From: an uncultured Campylobacter sp.
Lineage (GTDB): Bacteria; Campylobacterota; Campylobacteria; Campylobacterales; Campylobacteraceae
Length of the DNA: 53,101 nt
Direction of reading: 5' to 3'
Assembly (NCBI GenBank): GCA_964637895.1
Contig: CAZWYE010000001.1
Coordinates: 1-53,101, forward strand
This document shows, piece by piece, positions 28,369 through 39,945 of the stretch (positions are counted from its first letter, which is position 1; each line of letters begins with the position of its first letter). The notes below the pieces were generated by a model that was not told the DNA's origin, searched no databases, and was given only the letters and a program-made list of their open reading frames with translations. Made by a program: the position numbers and the translations under genes.

Positions 28369-29160
28369 ATGGTGCGTAAAAACGAGCCTTATTTTTGCTT
28401 TGAAAATAGCACTTTGTTTAAAGGTTCTATTTTAGATAAGAGCATTTTACAAAAAGAAAGCCTTGATTTAATAATAACTTCGCCGCCTTATAATGTAGGC
28501 ATAAATTATAATTCTAGCGAAGATTCTAACGACTATAAAGAGTATTTGAAATTTAGCAAAATTTGGCTTAAAAACTGCTATTTTTGGGCAAAAGATGGGG
28601 CAAGATTCTGCCTTAATATCCCGCTTGATAAAAACAAAGGCGGTCAGCAAAGCGTGGGAGCAGACCTTACGCAGCTTGCAAAAAGCGTAGGCTGGAAATA
28701 TCATAGCACAATCATATGGAACGAGGGCAATATCTCGCGTCGCACGGCTTGGGGAAGTTGGCTGAGTGCCTCTGCTCCCTGCGTGATAGCTCCTGTTGAG
28801 CTTATTTTAGTGCTTTATAAGGGCGAGTGGAAGAAAAAGCACAAAGGGCAAAGCGATATAAACAAAGATGAATTTATGGCTTGGACGAACGGTTTATGGA
28901 GCTTTAATGGAGAATCTAAAAAACGCGTAGGACACCCCGCACCCTTTCCTAGAGAGCTGCCTAAACGCTGTATGAAGCTTTTTTCTTTTGTGGGCGATGT
29001 GGTGTGCGATCCTTTTAGCGGAAGTGGCACGACTATGATAGAGGCTTATCTTAACAACCGTAAATTTATCGGCATAGAGCTTGATGAGGGCTACTGCGAG
29101 CTTAGCAAAAAGAGATTTTTAGAAGTGATACAAAAAGAAAAAGGATTGTTTGATGAGTAA
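28369..29160 (+). CDS. Site-specific DNA methyltransferase, beta class (probably N4-cytosine)
   Basis: Catalytic TSPPY near the N-terminus, HPAPFP, and SAM-binding DPFSGSGTT near the C-terminus. Confidence 0.93.
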   Translation: MVRKNEPYFCFENSTLFKGSILDKSILQKESLDLIITSPPYNVGINYNSSEDSNDYKEYLKFSKIWLKNCYFWAKDGARFCLNIPLDKNKGGQQSVGADLTQLAKSVGWKYHSTIIWNEGNISRRTAWGSWLSASAPCVIAPVELILVLYKGEWKKKHKGQSDINKDEFMAWTNGLWSFNGESKKRVGHPAPFPRELPKRCMKLFSFVGDVVCDPFSGSGTTMIEAYLNNRKFIGIELDEGYCELSKKRFLEVIQKEKGLFDE

Positions 29161-29740
29161 GAAAATTTCACAACTTGATTTAATAATGGAATTTTTTAAA
29201 AATAATTCAAAAAGAGATATTTCTCACCCTGAAGTAGTGGATTTTGTAACAAATGAATGGCAAAGACGCACGGGCAAGGTTTTTCGCGATACGGACAGAG
29301 GCATTAGAAGCTTACACCAAAAGGGATATTTGCAAAAAATTTCAAAAGGAGTTTATCGTTATGAGCCTGATTTTGTGAAATTAAGAGAGGATTTGGAGGA
29401 TTTTACTCCTGTGCTTAAAAAGCAGATTCTAAAACGCGATAATTATAAATGCGTCATTTGTGGAATGGGCAAAAAGGAGGGCGTAGAACTTCATATAGAT
29501 CACATAAAGCCCAAAGATTTAGGCGGCAAGGCGACTTTAGAAAACGCTCAAACGCTTTGTAGTAAGCATAATTTTTTAAAGAAAAATTTAAAGCAAACCG
29601 AAACAGGCAAGAAAATGTTTATAAGAATGCTAGAAAGTGCGAAAGAACAAAAGCAAAAAGAACTTATAGCATTCTTAGAAGAAATTTTAAGCGTCTATGA
29701 AAAGCATAATATTAACGGGCATATTGTGTGGAAAAAATGA
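29153..29740 (+). CDS. HNH endonuclease, putative type II restriction enzyme
   Basis: CVICG...HIDHIKPKDLGG...NAQTLCSKHN (HNH with CxxC/CxxH zinc ligands). Overlaps the methyltransferase by 8 nt. Confidence 0.85.
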   Translation: MSKKISQLDLIMEFFKNNSKRDISHPEVVDFVTNEWQRRTGKVFRDTDRGIRSLHQKGYLQKISKGVYRYEPDFVKLREDLEDFTPVLKKQILKRDNYKCVICGMGKKEGVELHIDHIKPKDLGGKATLENAQTLCSKHNFLKKNLKQTETGKKMFIRMLESAKEQKQKELIAFLEEILSVYEKHNINGHIVWKK

Positions 29741-30294
29741 GATTTAAACTATAAAAAATTAGAGAATTTTCAAAAAACTAGAAAAAGCTTTATTTTTAAA
29801 GTGCATTTTTAAAAATTTAAGCTTAAATTTACTTTTTAAATCTTTTTTTGTGAAAATTTATGAAATTCTAGTTTTTGTAGAATTTTTAAAAGCATTTTTG
29901 GTAAAACTACTTAAAATCGCTTATAAAAAAGGTTATAAATTTAAGCTTTAATTTTTGGCAAGTGCGTCTAAAGGCTTAGAATTTTAACCTACTTGATATT
30001 TACTTAAAATCCGCACAGATTTTTTCGAATTTTTTATAAAATTTCCATTTTTCTAAGTAAGCAAGGTGTTTTTTGGTGAGTTCGTAGCACTTATCAAGGC
30101 TAAGTTTAAGCTTTAAATTTAAATGTTAATTTAATTATTTTTTAAATTTATCCACTAATTATACCTTAAAGTTCCAAATCAAGCTTAAGCAAAACTTAAA
30201 TAAAGCTTCAAATTTCAAACTAAAAAAAAATAAATTCCAAGCCGAAAATTTCAAAGAATTTAGACTTTAAATTTAAAATTTTTAAACCAAGCTT

Positions 30295-31170
30295 TTAAAT
30301 TTTACGCACTTTTGCAAGGAAAAAGCCCTCGTTGATCTCATTTGCTAAAATGCGTTTGCTTTTTTGAAGCTCTTTAAATTCCGCACTTACCCCATCTTTT
30401 GCCAAAACGCCCTCTAAATCAAGCTCTAAAATTTCGAGCTCAAATTCGCTTCTTAGGGCATTTTCTAGCACTTCCTCGTTTTCCTCTTTAAAAAAAGTGC
30501 AAGTGCTATAAACAAGCTCACCGCCGTGTTTTAGGGCTTTTAAAGCAGAATGCAAAAGCCTTTTTTGCATTTTTACAAGCTCTTTAAGCTCTTTTTTGCT
30601 TCTTTTTAGCCAAAAATCCTTAGCCAAAGTCGAGCAAGGTGCGTCAAGCAAGATTTTATCGAACTTCAAAGGACAAAGCCTTCCTACAAATTTAGCGTCC
30701 TTTAAAAAACAACGCGCGATTTTCACTCCATAATTTTTAAGATTTTTTTGCAAGGTAAAAAACCTCGTTTTGCTAAGCTCCACGCAAGAAAGCTGCCCTT
30801 TATTTTGCATAAAATTCGCCAAATTTATGCTCTTTCCGCCCGGTGCCGCACACATATCAAGCACGGTTTCTCCAGCACTTACATTCAAATTCTTAGCACA
30901 AAGATACGATGAATAATTTTGTATATAAAACCAAGCCTTGTTAAAAGCCATACTGCGCGTAAGTTTAGGCTTAAGATCAAAATCTAGCAAATAACAAAAC
31001 CCATTAAGCCTTTCAAAGCTAAGTTCAAGACTTAAAAGCTCGTTTTCAAGTTCCTCTCTCGTGGTTTTTAAGGCGTTTAAAAAAATGCAAATTTTTTTGG
31101 GCTTTTTAAAAGAATTTTCTATTTGCTTAAGCTCTTTTTGAGTATAAATTTGCTCTAAATCAAAGCCCAA
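30295..31170 (-). CDS. RsmB/NOP (NOL1/NOP2/Sun) RNA m5C methyltransferase
   Basis: [19 protein letters not shown] and YSTCT...ENE motifs. Confidence 0.92.
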   Translation of the reverse strand: MGFDLEQIYTQKELKQIENSFKKPKKICIFLNALKTTREELENELLSLELSFERLNGFCYLLDFDLKPKLTRSMAFNKAWFYIQNYSSYLCAKNLNVSAGETVLDMCAAPGGKSINLANFMQNKGQLSCVELSKTRFFTLQKNLKNYGVKIARCFLKDAKFVGRLCPLKFDKILLDAPCSTLAKDFWLKRSKKELKELVKMQKRLLHSALKALKHGGELVYSTCTFFKEENEEVLENALRSEFELEILELDLEGVLAKDGVSAEFKELQKSKRILANEINEGFFLAKVRKI

Positions 31171-31543
31171 AATATTCCTTTATCATAATTAAAGCCGCCA
31201 AAGAATCAAGCTTTGTGTCTTTTAACTTACTCTTTGCTATGCCAAATTTCAAAGCCTCTTTGCTTGTAAAACTCTCATCGACAAAGATAATTTCGCCTTT
31301 AAATTTAAGCAAAGAAAGAAAATGATCTATGCGTTTTTTCATCTCAAACTCGCTACTTCCGCCCTTAGCAACGCCTACAAGAAGCAAAGAAATTTCGTGT
31401 TGTTTTAAAATTTCTTTAAGCTCGTTTGCCGCTTGATTACGGTTTTTACGCAAAATTCCCTTTAAAGGTAGGGCGATTTTTTCATCAATGCAAAGGGCTA
31501 AGCCTAAGCGTTTCAAGCCAAAATCAAGTGCTAAAGCCCTCAC
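31160..31543 (-). CDS. ruvX: YqgF/RuvX pre-16S rRNA nuclease
   Basis: [20 protein letters not shown] and LDSLAA motifs. Confidence 0.9.
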   Translation of the reverse strand: MRALALDFGLKRLGLALCIDEKIALPLKGILRKNRNQAANELKEILKQHEISLLLVGVAKGGSSEFEMKKRIDHFLSLLKFKGEIIFVDESFTSKEALKFGIAKSKLKDTKLDSLAALIMIKEYFGL

Positions 31544-32316
31544 GCTAAAACCCTTATGAAAACACCATTGATTTCGATCTTGCCCTCAAGCTCGTATTCA
31601 TAGACCTTTGGTCCAAATTTTTTCAAAGCCTCCTCCAAGCTCACGCCTTTTAAGCAAAATTCCAAAAATGCGTCCTTTTCTTGCTCTTTAAGCACACCGA
31701 AATTCGAAACAAAGTCCCTAAAATCCGTGATTAACTCCGCTTTTTTTTCTTTTAAAAGCAAATTCGTTCCATCGCTTTCTTTAAGCCTTTGAGGCAGGAC
31801 GAATAAAGGTTTTTTCATCTTTAAAGCAAGTCTTGCACTTTGCATAGAACCGCTTTGCAAATGCGCTTGTGCTATCACAACAGCCTCGCTTAATGCGATA
31901 ATTAAGCGGTTTCTTAGTAAAAAATCGTAATTTTTAGGCGTGTAAAACTCCTCGTTTTCGCTTAAAGCCAAGCAGTTTTGATAAAGTTCTTTTATGATTT
32001 TTTCGTTACTTTTGGGATAAATCTGCCCCAAGCCGTTTGCAAAAACGCCTATGCTAAGAGGCATAGCAGCAGCGTTTGCGACAATATCTACGCCCAAAGC
32101 ACCGCCACTTATCACGCAAACTCCTGCGTTTTTAAGTAAGTTAGCAAGTTCTAAAACGCAGTTTTTCGTATAAATACTCATCTTTCTTGAGCCGACAATA
32201 GCTATTTTTCTGCGTTTTAAAAGCTCTAAATTTCCTTTGTAATAAAGCTTTTTAGGCATTTTTTCCAAGCCTTGAAAAAACTTAGAAAAATCCCCAGAAA
32301 CGCTTTTACTCTCCAT
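31540..32316 (-). CDS. dprA: DNA-processing protein DprA (natural transformation)
   Basis: [28 protein letters not shown] and SGSMQSA motifs. ATG at 32316 preferred. Confidence 0.92.
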   Translation of the reverse strand: MESKSVSGDFSKFFQGLEKMPKKLYYKGNLELLKRRKIAIVGSRKMSIYTKNCVLELANLLKNAGVCVISGGALGVDIVANAAAMPLSIGVFANGLGQIYPKSNEKIIKELYQNCLALSENEEFYTPKNYDFLLRNRLIIALSEAVVIAQAHLQSGSMQSARLALKMKKPLFVLPQRLKESDGTNLLLKEKKAELITDFRDFVSNFGVLKEQEKDAFLEFCLKGVSLEEALKKFGPKVYEYELEGKIEINGVFIRVLA

Positions 32317-33490
32317 AAATTTCACTCAAATAAACAAGTTTCACGCTTTGAAGTAAATTTTTACTTTGTGCTAAGGCTTTAAAGGTGTTCTTTTTTGGGT
32401 GGGCAATGGCGATAGCAAAGCCTTTTTTATGGGCAAGATTGACCGCTTTTTGAATTTGCTTTTTTATCGCTTCTACTTCGTCTTCGTTGTCTAAAAACAC
32501 ATCTCTTTGAATGTAGGGTTTTTTAAATTCTTTAGCGATTTTTTGAACTTTGGAATTTTCTATGGTTTTAGAATCAACAAAGGTGAAATTCTGCTTTTGC
32601 AAAGCCACATAAAGCTTTCTCATAGCCATCTCATCGCTTGTAAATAAACTTCCTGTGTGATTGTTGATATATTTTAGGTTTTTAAAATTTTCTTTAAGAG
32701 AGGTAATTTTTTTAGCGATCCTTTCCTCGCTATCGCTTGGCTCTAAGGTATCTAATTTACTTTTGTAATTAAATGCAGCTAAGGGCAAATGCACCATATA
32801 AAAATCAAATTGCAAAGCGAGTTTGTGCGTGTTTTTGTGTGTTTTATCGGGCGGAAAAAAAGAAGGAATGAGCTTTAAATTTAAAGCTTTTAAACTTTTA
32901 ACCTGCTTGTAATTTGACATATCATCGATGATAATAGCAAGTTTTGCACCGCCTTTTTTTAAATCTATTTTAGTAGCTTTTTCTTTGTTTAAGCCTTGCA
33001 AATCATCTTGCACCTTTTGCTCTAAATTCCCTTGTGCTAAGCTTTCTTGTGTTAAATTTTCTAAATTTTCTTGCGAATTTTGATTTTTTAAATTTTCTTC
33101 AAAGTTTAAATTCTGCCTTGCCGTTAAATTTTCTTCAAAACTTAAATTCTGTTCTAAACTCACCTGCTCTTGCGTGAAATTTTGCTCTAAGTTTGCTAAA
33201 AACAAGTCCTTAGAGCTTAAATTCAAATCAGTGCTTAAATTTTGTTCTTTTAGGGCTATATTTTCGTAATAAATTTTTTCAAAAGGATTATCCGCCTCAT
33301 TTTGTGCTTGTTCTTTGCTTTCTTGCTTTTTGTTTGCAAGGCTTAAATTCTGCTCCGTTTTTAAGGTGCTTTGAGTGGATTTTTGCGAACTTTGGTATTT
33401 ATTTATGATAAGTCCTACCAAAGCTACGCAAATTACGAAAAGTAAGGCAATGAATAAGCCTTGAATTTTAACTAAGTTTTTTTGAGACAA
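32306..33490 (-). CDS. Divergent polysaccharide deacetylase family protein with N-terminal TM and QNL/ENL-repeat linker
   Basis: LAIIIDD, VHLPL, NNHTGS, FVDSKT, RDVFLD and IAIAHP motifs. Confidence 0.88.
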   Translation of the reverse strand: MSQKNLVKIQGLFIALLFVICVALVGLIINKYQSSQKSTQSTLKTEQNLSLANKKQESKEQAQNEADNPFEKIYYENIALKEQNLSTDLNLSSKDLFLANLEQNFTQEQVSLEQNLSFEENLTARQNLNFEENLKNQNSQENLENLTQESLAQGNLEQKVQDDLQGLNKEKATKIDLKKGGAKLAIIIDDMSNYKQVKSLKALNLKLIPSFFPPDKTHKNTHKLALQFDFYMVHLPLAAFNYKSKLDTLEPSDSEERIAKKITSLKENFKNLKYINNHTGSLFTSDEMAMRKLYVALQKQNFTFVDSKTIENSKVQKIAKEFKKPYIQRDVFLDNEDEVEAIKKQIQKAVNLAHKKGFAIAIAHPKKNTFKALAQSKNLLQSVKLVYLSEIYGE

Positions 33491-33491
33491 T

Positions 33492-34553
<1,062 letters not shown>

Positions 34554-34632
34554 TTAACAAAACAAATTCTAAATTTCATAGTTTTTTTATAAAGTTTATG
34601 CAATAATTTACAAAAATTTACAAAGCAAAGCG

Positions 34633-36552
34633 GTGAGAGAATTTTTAAACGGGTTGAATTTCGGCTTAAGTCTTAATAAGACAAATAACGATGAAAAGCA
34701 AATTTTAAGAGAACTTTTGAAAAAAGACATAGTTAAAGAATACAAAAACAAATTCTATCTTAACGACGGCTTTGTCTTTGGTGAGCTTGATATTTCTTCT
34801 AAAATGACTGGCTTTTTAAAATGCTTTGATGAGAAATTTAACAAAGATTTACTCATCGAAAACAAGCATTTAAACGGTGCAAACTACAAAGATATAGTCG
34901 TTTGCAAACTCTTGCCTCTTAAAAAAAAGCGTCAAAGTGCTAAGGTTGTTTTAGTCTTAAAAAGAGCGAATGAAACCTCTCTTGTGGTCACGAAAAAATG
35001 CAGACAAGAAGTGCTTGGAATGGATATAAAAACAGGCTTGTGCTTTGCTTTAAAAGCCTCTCAAAAATCCTTAAAAGCCTTGCCTTTAGGAGCCGTGCTT
35101 AAGATAGAAAACGCAAATAAAAACATTTTAGAGGTTTTAGGGCATATTGAGGATGAAAAAATCGATGAGAAAATTTCCCTTGCACTTTTTAATAAAAACG
35201 CCGAATTTAGTGAAGCTTGTATAAAAGAGTCTTTAGCAAATGGTGATTTTGTCGATGCTAGTATGTATGAAAATCGCAAAGATTTAAGAAAGCTTAGTTT
35301 TTGCACCATTGATCCCATTCACGCTAAGGATTTTGATGACGCGATTTATTTTGATGGAAAAAAAAACGCCCTTTATGTCGCAATCGCCGATGTGAGCGAG
35401 TATGTTTTTGCTTATAGTGCTATGGATAAAGAAGCTAAAGCTAGAGGTTTGTCGATTTATTTTCCGCACCTTGCTGTGCCTATGTTGCCAAGGGCTTTAA
35501 GTGAAAATATCTGTTCTTTAAAGCCAGAAGTAGATCGCTTGGTATTTTGCTTTAAGCTTAGTTTAAACGAAAATTTAGAAGTGATAAAAGAGGAGCTTTT
35601 TGAGGCTATTATTCATTCTAAACGCAGGTTTAATTACGATGAAGTAGATTGCATTTTAGAAAAAAAGCCGAATTTAAACGAACTTTCTTGGCTTTATAAG
35701 CTTCATAAAATCGCTCAAAATTTACGCAAAAAAAGACTTAAAAACGCCTTTGATTTTAAAACCGAAGAGCTAAGAATGATCTTAGATGAAAATTTAGCCC
35801 TAAAAAGCACTTTTTACGAAAGCTCAACTTTTTCGCACCAGCTCATAGAAGAGTGTATGCTCCTTACTAATAAAGCCGCTGCAAAGCTCATAGACACGGG
35901 CATTTTTAGGAATCATTTAAGCGCGGATTTTAGAAAAATAGAGAAGCTTTTAAACGAACTTGCAGAACTTGGAATTGAGAGTAAATTTAAGCCTTATTTG
36001 CCAGAACTTATACGTGATATTCAAGTTTTAGCCGATGAGCTTAATATTAGAGCACAGGTTGATAAGCTTATTATCAAGGCTCAAAAAAAGGCAGAATATT
36101 CAAGTATAAATGCCGGACATTTTGGCTTGGGTTTTGAAAGATATACACATTTTACAAGCCCGATTAGACGCTATTCTGATTTGCTTTTACACAGGCTTTT
36201 AAAGGCTAAAATAAAAAAAGATGAAAAGCTATTTAATTACTTGCTTTTAAACATACAAAGCACTTGCGAGAATTTAAGCCTCTTAGAAAGAGAAGCCGAT
36301 AAGGTTGCAAACGATTTTTTAAACAGGAAATTTGCAAGGTGGGCTTTAAGAAACAAGGGTAAAAAATTTAAGGCTTTCATCATAGAAAACACAGGACTTA
36401 ACATAGCTAGGCTTGATGATGAGATTAAAGGTGCGGACATAATTTTAAGCGATTTAAGAACAAATTTGCTTCAAAAGGTTGAAATTTCAATCACGGACGC
36501 GGATATAATTAGTGCTAAAATTTTTGGACGCATAGAAGAAATTTTAGAATAA
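34633..36552 (+). CDS. rnr: Ribonuclease R (RNB domain)
   Basis: TIDPIHAKDFDDA, VAIADVS, LIEECML and HFGLG..YTHFTSPIRRYSD motifs. Confidence 0.92.
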   Translation: MREFLNGLNFGLSLNKTNNDEKQILRELLKKDIVKEYKNKFYLNDGFVFGELDISSKMTGFLKCFDEKFNKDLLIENKHLNGANYKDIVVCKLLPLKKKRQSAKVVLVLKRANETSLVVTKKCRQEVLGMDIKTGLCFALKASQKSLKALPLGAVLKIENANKNILEVLGHIEDEKIDEKISLALFNKNAEFSEACIKESLANGDFVDASMYENRKDLRKLSFCTIDPIHAKDFDDAIYFDGKKNALYVAIADVSEYVFAYSAMDKEAKARGLSIYFPHLAVPMLPRALSENICSLKPEVDRLVFCFKLSLNENLEVIKEELFEAIIHSKRRFNYDEVDCILEKKPNLNELSWLYKLHKIAQNLRKKRLKNAFDFKTEELRMILDENLALKSTFYESSTFSHQLIEECMLLTNKAAAKLIDTGIFRNHLSADFRKIEKLLNELAELGIESKFKPYLPELIRDIQVLADELNIRAQVDKLIIKAQKKAEYSSINAGHFGLGFERYTHFTSPIRRYSDLLLHRLLKAKIKKDEKLFNYLLLNIQSTCENLSLLEREADKVANDFLNRKFARWALRNKGKKFKAFIIENTGLNIARLDDEIKGADIILSDLRTNLLQKVEISITDADIISAKIFGRIEEILE

Positions 36553-36561
36553 AGGCGGAAA

Positions 36562-37533
36562 ATGTATAGAAAAGACTTGCAAAATTTACTTACTAAAGAG
36601 GATTTTAATAATTTTTTTTTGCTTTACGGGGCGGATAATTTTCAAATCGAGCTTTATGCGGAATTTATCAAGGAAAAATACCTTTGCGATGAAATTTTAA
36701 AAATGTATTTTGAGGAGTATAACTTCGCTAAAGCAAGCGATTTTCTTTCTTTAGGTTCGCTTTTTAGCGAGAAAAAGCTTTTGGAATTAAAGTTGAGTAA
36801 AAAGCCAAATTCTAAGGAGATAAAAAGCCTTGTAGAGCTTTGTCAAAAGGATAAAAATAATTTTTTGCTTTTAGAACTTTATAACGAGGGTTCTAAACAA
36901 AGCGAACTTGAGAAAATTTTTGCTAATCATTTTGCAAGATTTTTCCCCGCTTCTAATGCTAAAGAGGGCGTGGAACTTTTGGCTATTAAGGCAAAAAAGC
37001 TTGGGGTTGATTTCACGCAAAATGCACTTTTTGCTTTGTTTGAGGGCTTTGATGAGAATTTATATTTAGCCGCTTCAGAGCTTAATAAATTTGAGGGCTT
37101 AAAACTTGATGAAAAAATGATTAAAGAATACTGCTACAGCCTTGATACAGGCAATTTCGAGCATTTTTTTACAAAGCTTTTAAGAAAAGAAAATATAAAA
37201 AGTGAGCTTGAAAAAATTTTAGAAAATTCCAACGAAATAGCCTTTTTAAATTCCTTGCTTAGCAATTTTTTTAGACTTTTTAAAATCGCTTTGTATGCAA
37301 AAATTCACGCAAAGCTTGATTTTAAAGACCTTTTAGGCTATATTCCGCCTCCAAAAGTCGCGCAAAATTTAAGCTCTATGGCTTTTAGCTTGAAAGTTGA
37401 GCAGTATAAAGAAATTTTTACTTTGCTTTTAGAGAGCGAATACGAGCTAAAAACGAATTCTAAACTTGCAAAAAAGGAATTTCTTACTAGCGAACTTTTA
37501 AAACTTACAAGGCTTTTAAAAGCTACTCCATAA
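36562..37533 (+). CDS. holA: DNA polymerase III subunit delta
   Basis: FLLYGADNF, SLFSEKKLL and ASELNK motifs, downstream of rnr. Confidence 0.82.
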   Translation: MYRKDLQNLLTKEDFNNFFLLYGADNFQIELYAEFIKEKYLCDEILKMYFEEYNFAKASDFLSLGSLFSEKKLLELKLSKKPNSKEIKSLVELCQKDKNNFLLLELYNEGSKQSELEKIFANHFARFFPASNAKEGVELLAIKAKKLGVDFTQNALFALFEGFDENLYLAASELNKFEGLKLDEKMIKEYCYSLDTGNFEHFFTKLLRKENIKSELEKILENSNEIAFLNSLLSNFFRLFKIALYAKIHAKLDFKDLLGYIPPPKVAQNLSSMAFSLKVEQYKEIFTLLLESEYELKTNSKLAKKEFLTSELLKLTRLLKATP

Positions 37534-37867
37534 CAAGGCGCATTAAGTGCAAATCCTCACCGCTAAGTACCTTAATTTCAGTGCTTTTACAAAGAGGACA
37601 TTTAAAAATATTTTTTTCTAAAACGCTTTTTTGTTTGCAAGTTTGACACAAAATTTCAAGCTTTTCAAGTGTGCTTACGAGCCTCGCTTCTTTACAAATT
37701 TCGCTTGTTTGCTTAAAAGTCTCAAAACAATTTTTAAAAAGCTCAATCTCAACGCCACTTAAACGACCTATTTTAACCTGAATTTCCTTAACACATTTTG
37801 CCTTGTGTGTTTTTGCATTTTCCTCGCAAAGTGCGATTAAAGCCTCTACTATGCTTAGCTCGTGCAT
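37523..37867 (-). CDS. hypA: Hydrogenase nickel metallochaperone HypA
   Basis: MHELSI, IGRLSGVE, CQTC...CPLC motifs. Confidence 0.95.
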   Translation of the reverse strand: MHELSIVEALIALCEENAKTHKAKCVKEIQVKIGRLSGVEIELFKNCFETFKQTSEICKEARLVSTLEKLEILCQTCKQKSVLEKNIFKCPLCKSTEIKVLSGEDLHLMRLVME

Positions 37868-38841
37868 TAGCAAATTCTTGGCAGAAGTTCGCCCTTAGGC
37901 ATTTCTAAAAAGCGTTTAGCTCCAAAGGAATTCTCTAAAATCACGCGTGCTTTTTTTTCGCTTAAAACCTCGCCTATTATACTTGCGTTGGTATTGAATT
38001 TTTTCAAAAATTCCAAAGCCCTTTGTGCGTCGTTTTTTTCAACGCAAAGCACGAAAGTTCCCTCGTTTGCAAGTTCGTAAGGCTCGTAACCAAAAAGCTC
38101 ACAAAGTCCTAAAACTTCATCTTTAACCTTGATTTTTTCCTCAAAAACAAGCAAATCATTTCCGCTTAACCTCGCCCATTCATTAAGCACCGCACTAAGC
38201 CCACCTCTTGTAGCATCGCGCATTGAAACGACTTTAATTCCTTGCTCTAAAAGTCCTAAAACCTCATCCTTTAAGCTCTTGCAATCGCTTTTTATATCAG
38301 CTTCTAAGTTATTTCTTTGAATCAAAACACTAGCACCGTGCCGTCCTATATCGCCGGAAAGTAAGATACTTAAGCCTTCTTTAATATCCTTGCTTTCTTT
38401 TTTTTCTACGATTTTTCCTAAGACTGTTGTGCTTATATAAATTCCATCGCCCTTGCCCTTAGGAACGATCTTAGTATCGCCGCACACGAGCAAAACTTCG
38501 TTTTTATCGCATTCTTTTTTGATAGAATGAAGAATTTTTTCAAGCTTTAAAATTTCAAAACCCTCTTCTAAAATAAAAGCAAGGCTTAGAAACTGAGGCT
38601 TCGCACCTACCATTAAAACATCGTTTATGGAACCGCAAACGCAAAGTTTGCCGATATTTACCTCATCGTCTAAAAAAATAGGATTTAACACAAAAGAATC
38701 CGTGCTTAAAGCCAAATCTCCCAAAATAGCCGCGTCATTTGCCGCACTTAAAATTTCATTGTCAAAAAGCTTGAAAATTCCAGCCAAAAAAGCATTCATC
38801 TCCTCGCCTCCGCCGCCGTGTGCGAGTGAAATTTGCTTCAT
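37867..38841 (-). CDS. hypE: Hydrogenase maturation protein HypE
   Basis: LAHGGGG, GDTKIV, MRDATRGG, ANEG and C-terminal PRIC. Confidence 0.96.
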   Translation of the reverse strand: MKQISLAHGGGGEEMNAFLAGIFKLFDNEILSAANDAAILGDLALSTDSFVLNPIFLDDEVNIGKLCVCGSINDVLMVGAKPQFLSLAFILEEGFEILKLEKILHSIKKECDKNEVLLVCGDTKIVPKGKGDGIYISTTVLGKIVEKKESKDIKEGLSILLSGDIGRHGASVLIQRNNLEADIKSDCKSLKDEVLGLLEQGIKVVSMRDATRGGLSAVLNEWARLSGNDLLVFEEKIKVKDEVLGLCELFGYEPYELANEGTFVLCVEKNDAQRALEFLKKFNTNASIIGEVLSEKKARVILENSFGAKRFLEMPKGELLPRIC

Positions 38842-38859
38842 TTTCTATCCTTTCTAAAT

Positions 38860-39945
38860 TTATGCTTTAAAGTATTTATAATACGCCGCACAAGCTCCCT
38901 CGCTTGAAACCATACAGCTTCCTAAAGGGCTTTTTGGTGTGCAAGCTTTGCCAAAAACCTTGCATTCATAAGGTTTTGCTAAGCCTCTTAAAATGCGCCC
39001 ACAAATACAAGCCTTGCTCTCTTCTTTGCTAACCACCTCGCAGTCAAAAATTTTACTCGCATCAAAACTTGCAAACTCATCTTTTAGCTTTAAGCCTCCT
39101 TTTTTGATAAGCCCTAAGCCTCTAAATTCAAAATCACAAGGCTCAAAATATGTTCGCACCAAATTCTGTGCCCTAACATTTCCCTCAAAACTTACCGCTC
39201 TTTTGTATTCGTTATAAACCTCAGCCTTGTTAGCATTTATCTGCTCTACTATATTTAAAATACTTTCCATAATATCCACAGGCTCAAAGCCGCTTACCGC
39301 AATGGGCGTTTTAAATTTCTTAGCCAAAGGCTCGTAAATATGATAACCAGTAATCACACTTACATGAGAGGGACCTAAAAATGCGTCTATTTTTACATTT
39401 TCATCGCTCATAATGGCTTCAATGGGAGCTGGAACAACTATGTGATTTATGTGAAAAAAGACATTTTTTATTCTTTGTTCTATCACTTTTTGCAAAAGCA
39501 AAGCACTCATAGGTGTTGTGGTTTCAAAACCTATGGCAAAAAAAATCACATTTTTTTGAGGATTTTCCAAGGCTATTTGTAAAATTTCAAGAGGAGAATA
39601 AAGTGCTCTAATGTCCGCACCTTTCGCTCTTAAATCAAGCAAGGAGCTAGAACTTCCCGGAACCCTTAACAAATCGCCCAAAGTGCAAAAAATAGTGTCT
39701 TTCATCGAAGCAAGTTTTAAAGCCGTATCGATTCTATTTCTAGGCATAACGCACACAGGACAGCCCGGTCCGTGAATGAAATTTATCTCTTTTGGCAGTA
39801 TTGAAGGTAGGGCGTATTTCATAATACTATGCGTGTGTCCGCCACAAATTTCCATAATATTTATGTTTTTTTTAACCTTTTTTTCTATGAGTTTTTTTAA
39901 GGCTAAAATAGTGTTTTTATCTCTAAATTCATCGATGAAATTCAT
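38860..39945 (-). CDS. hypD: Hydrogenase maturation protein HypD
   Basis: MEICGGHTH, GPGCPVC, GFETT, GPSHVS and GSCMVSSEGACAA motifs. Confidence 0.97.
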   Translation of the reverse strand: MNFIDEFRDKNTILALKKLIEKKVKKNINIMEICGGHTHSIMKYALPSILPKEINFIHGPGCPVCVMPRNRIDTALKLASMKDTIFCTLGDLLRVPGSSSSLLDLRAKGADIRALYSPLEILQIALENPQKNVIFFAIGFETTTPMSALLLQKVIEQRIKNVFFHINHIVVPAPIEAIMSDENVKIDAFLGPSHVSVITGYHIYEPLAKKFKTPIAVSGFEPVDIMESILNIVEQINANKAEVYNEYKRAVSFEGNVRAQNLVRTYFEPCDFEFRGLGLIKKGGLKLKDEFASFDASKIFDCEVVSKEESKACICGRILRGLAKPYECKVFGKACTPKSPLGSCMVSSEGACAAYYKYFKA

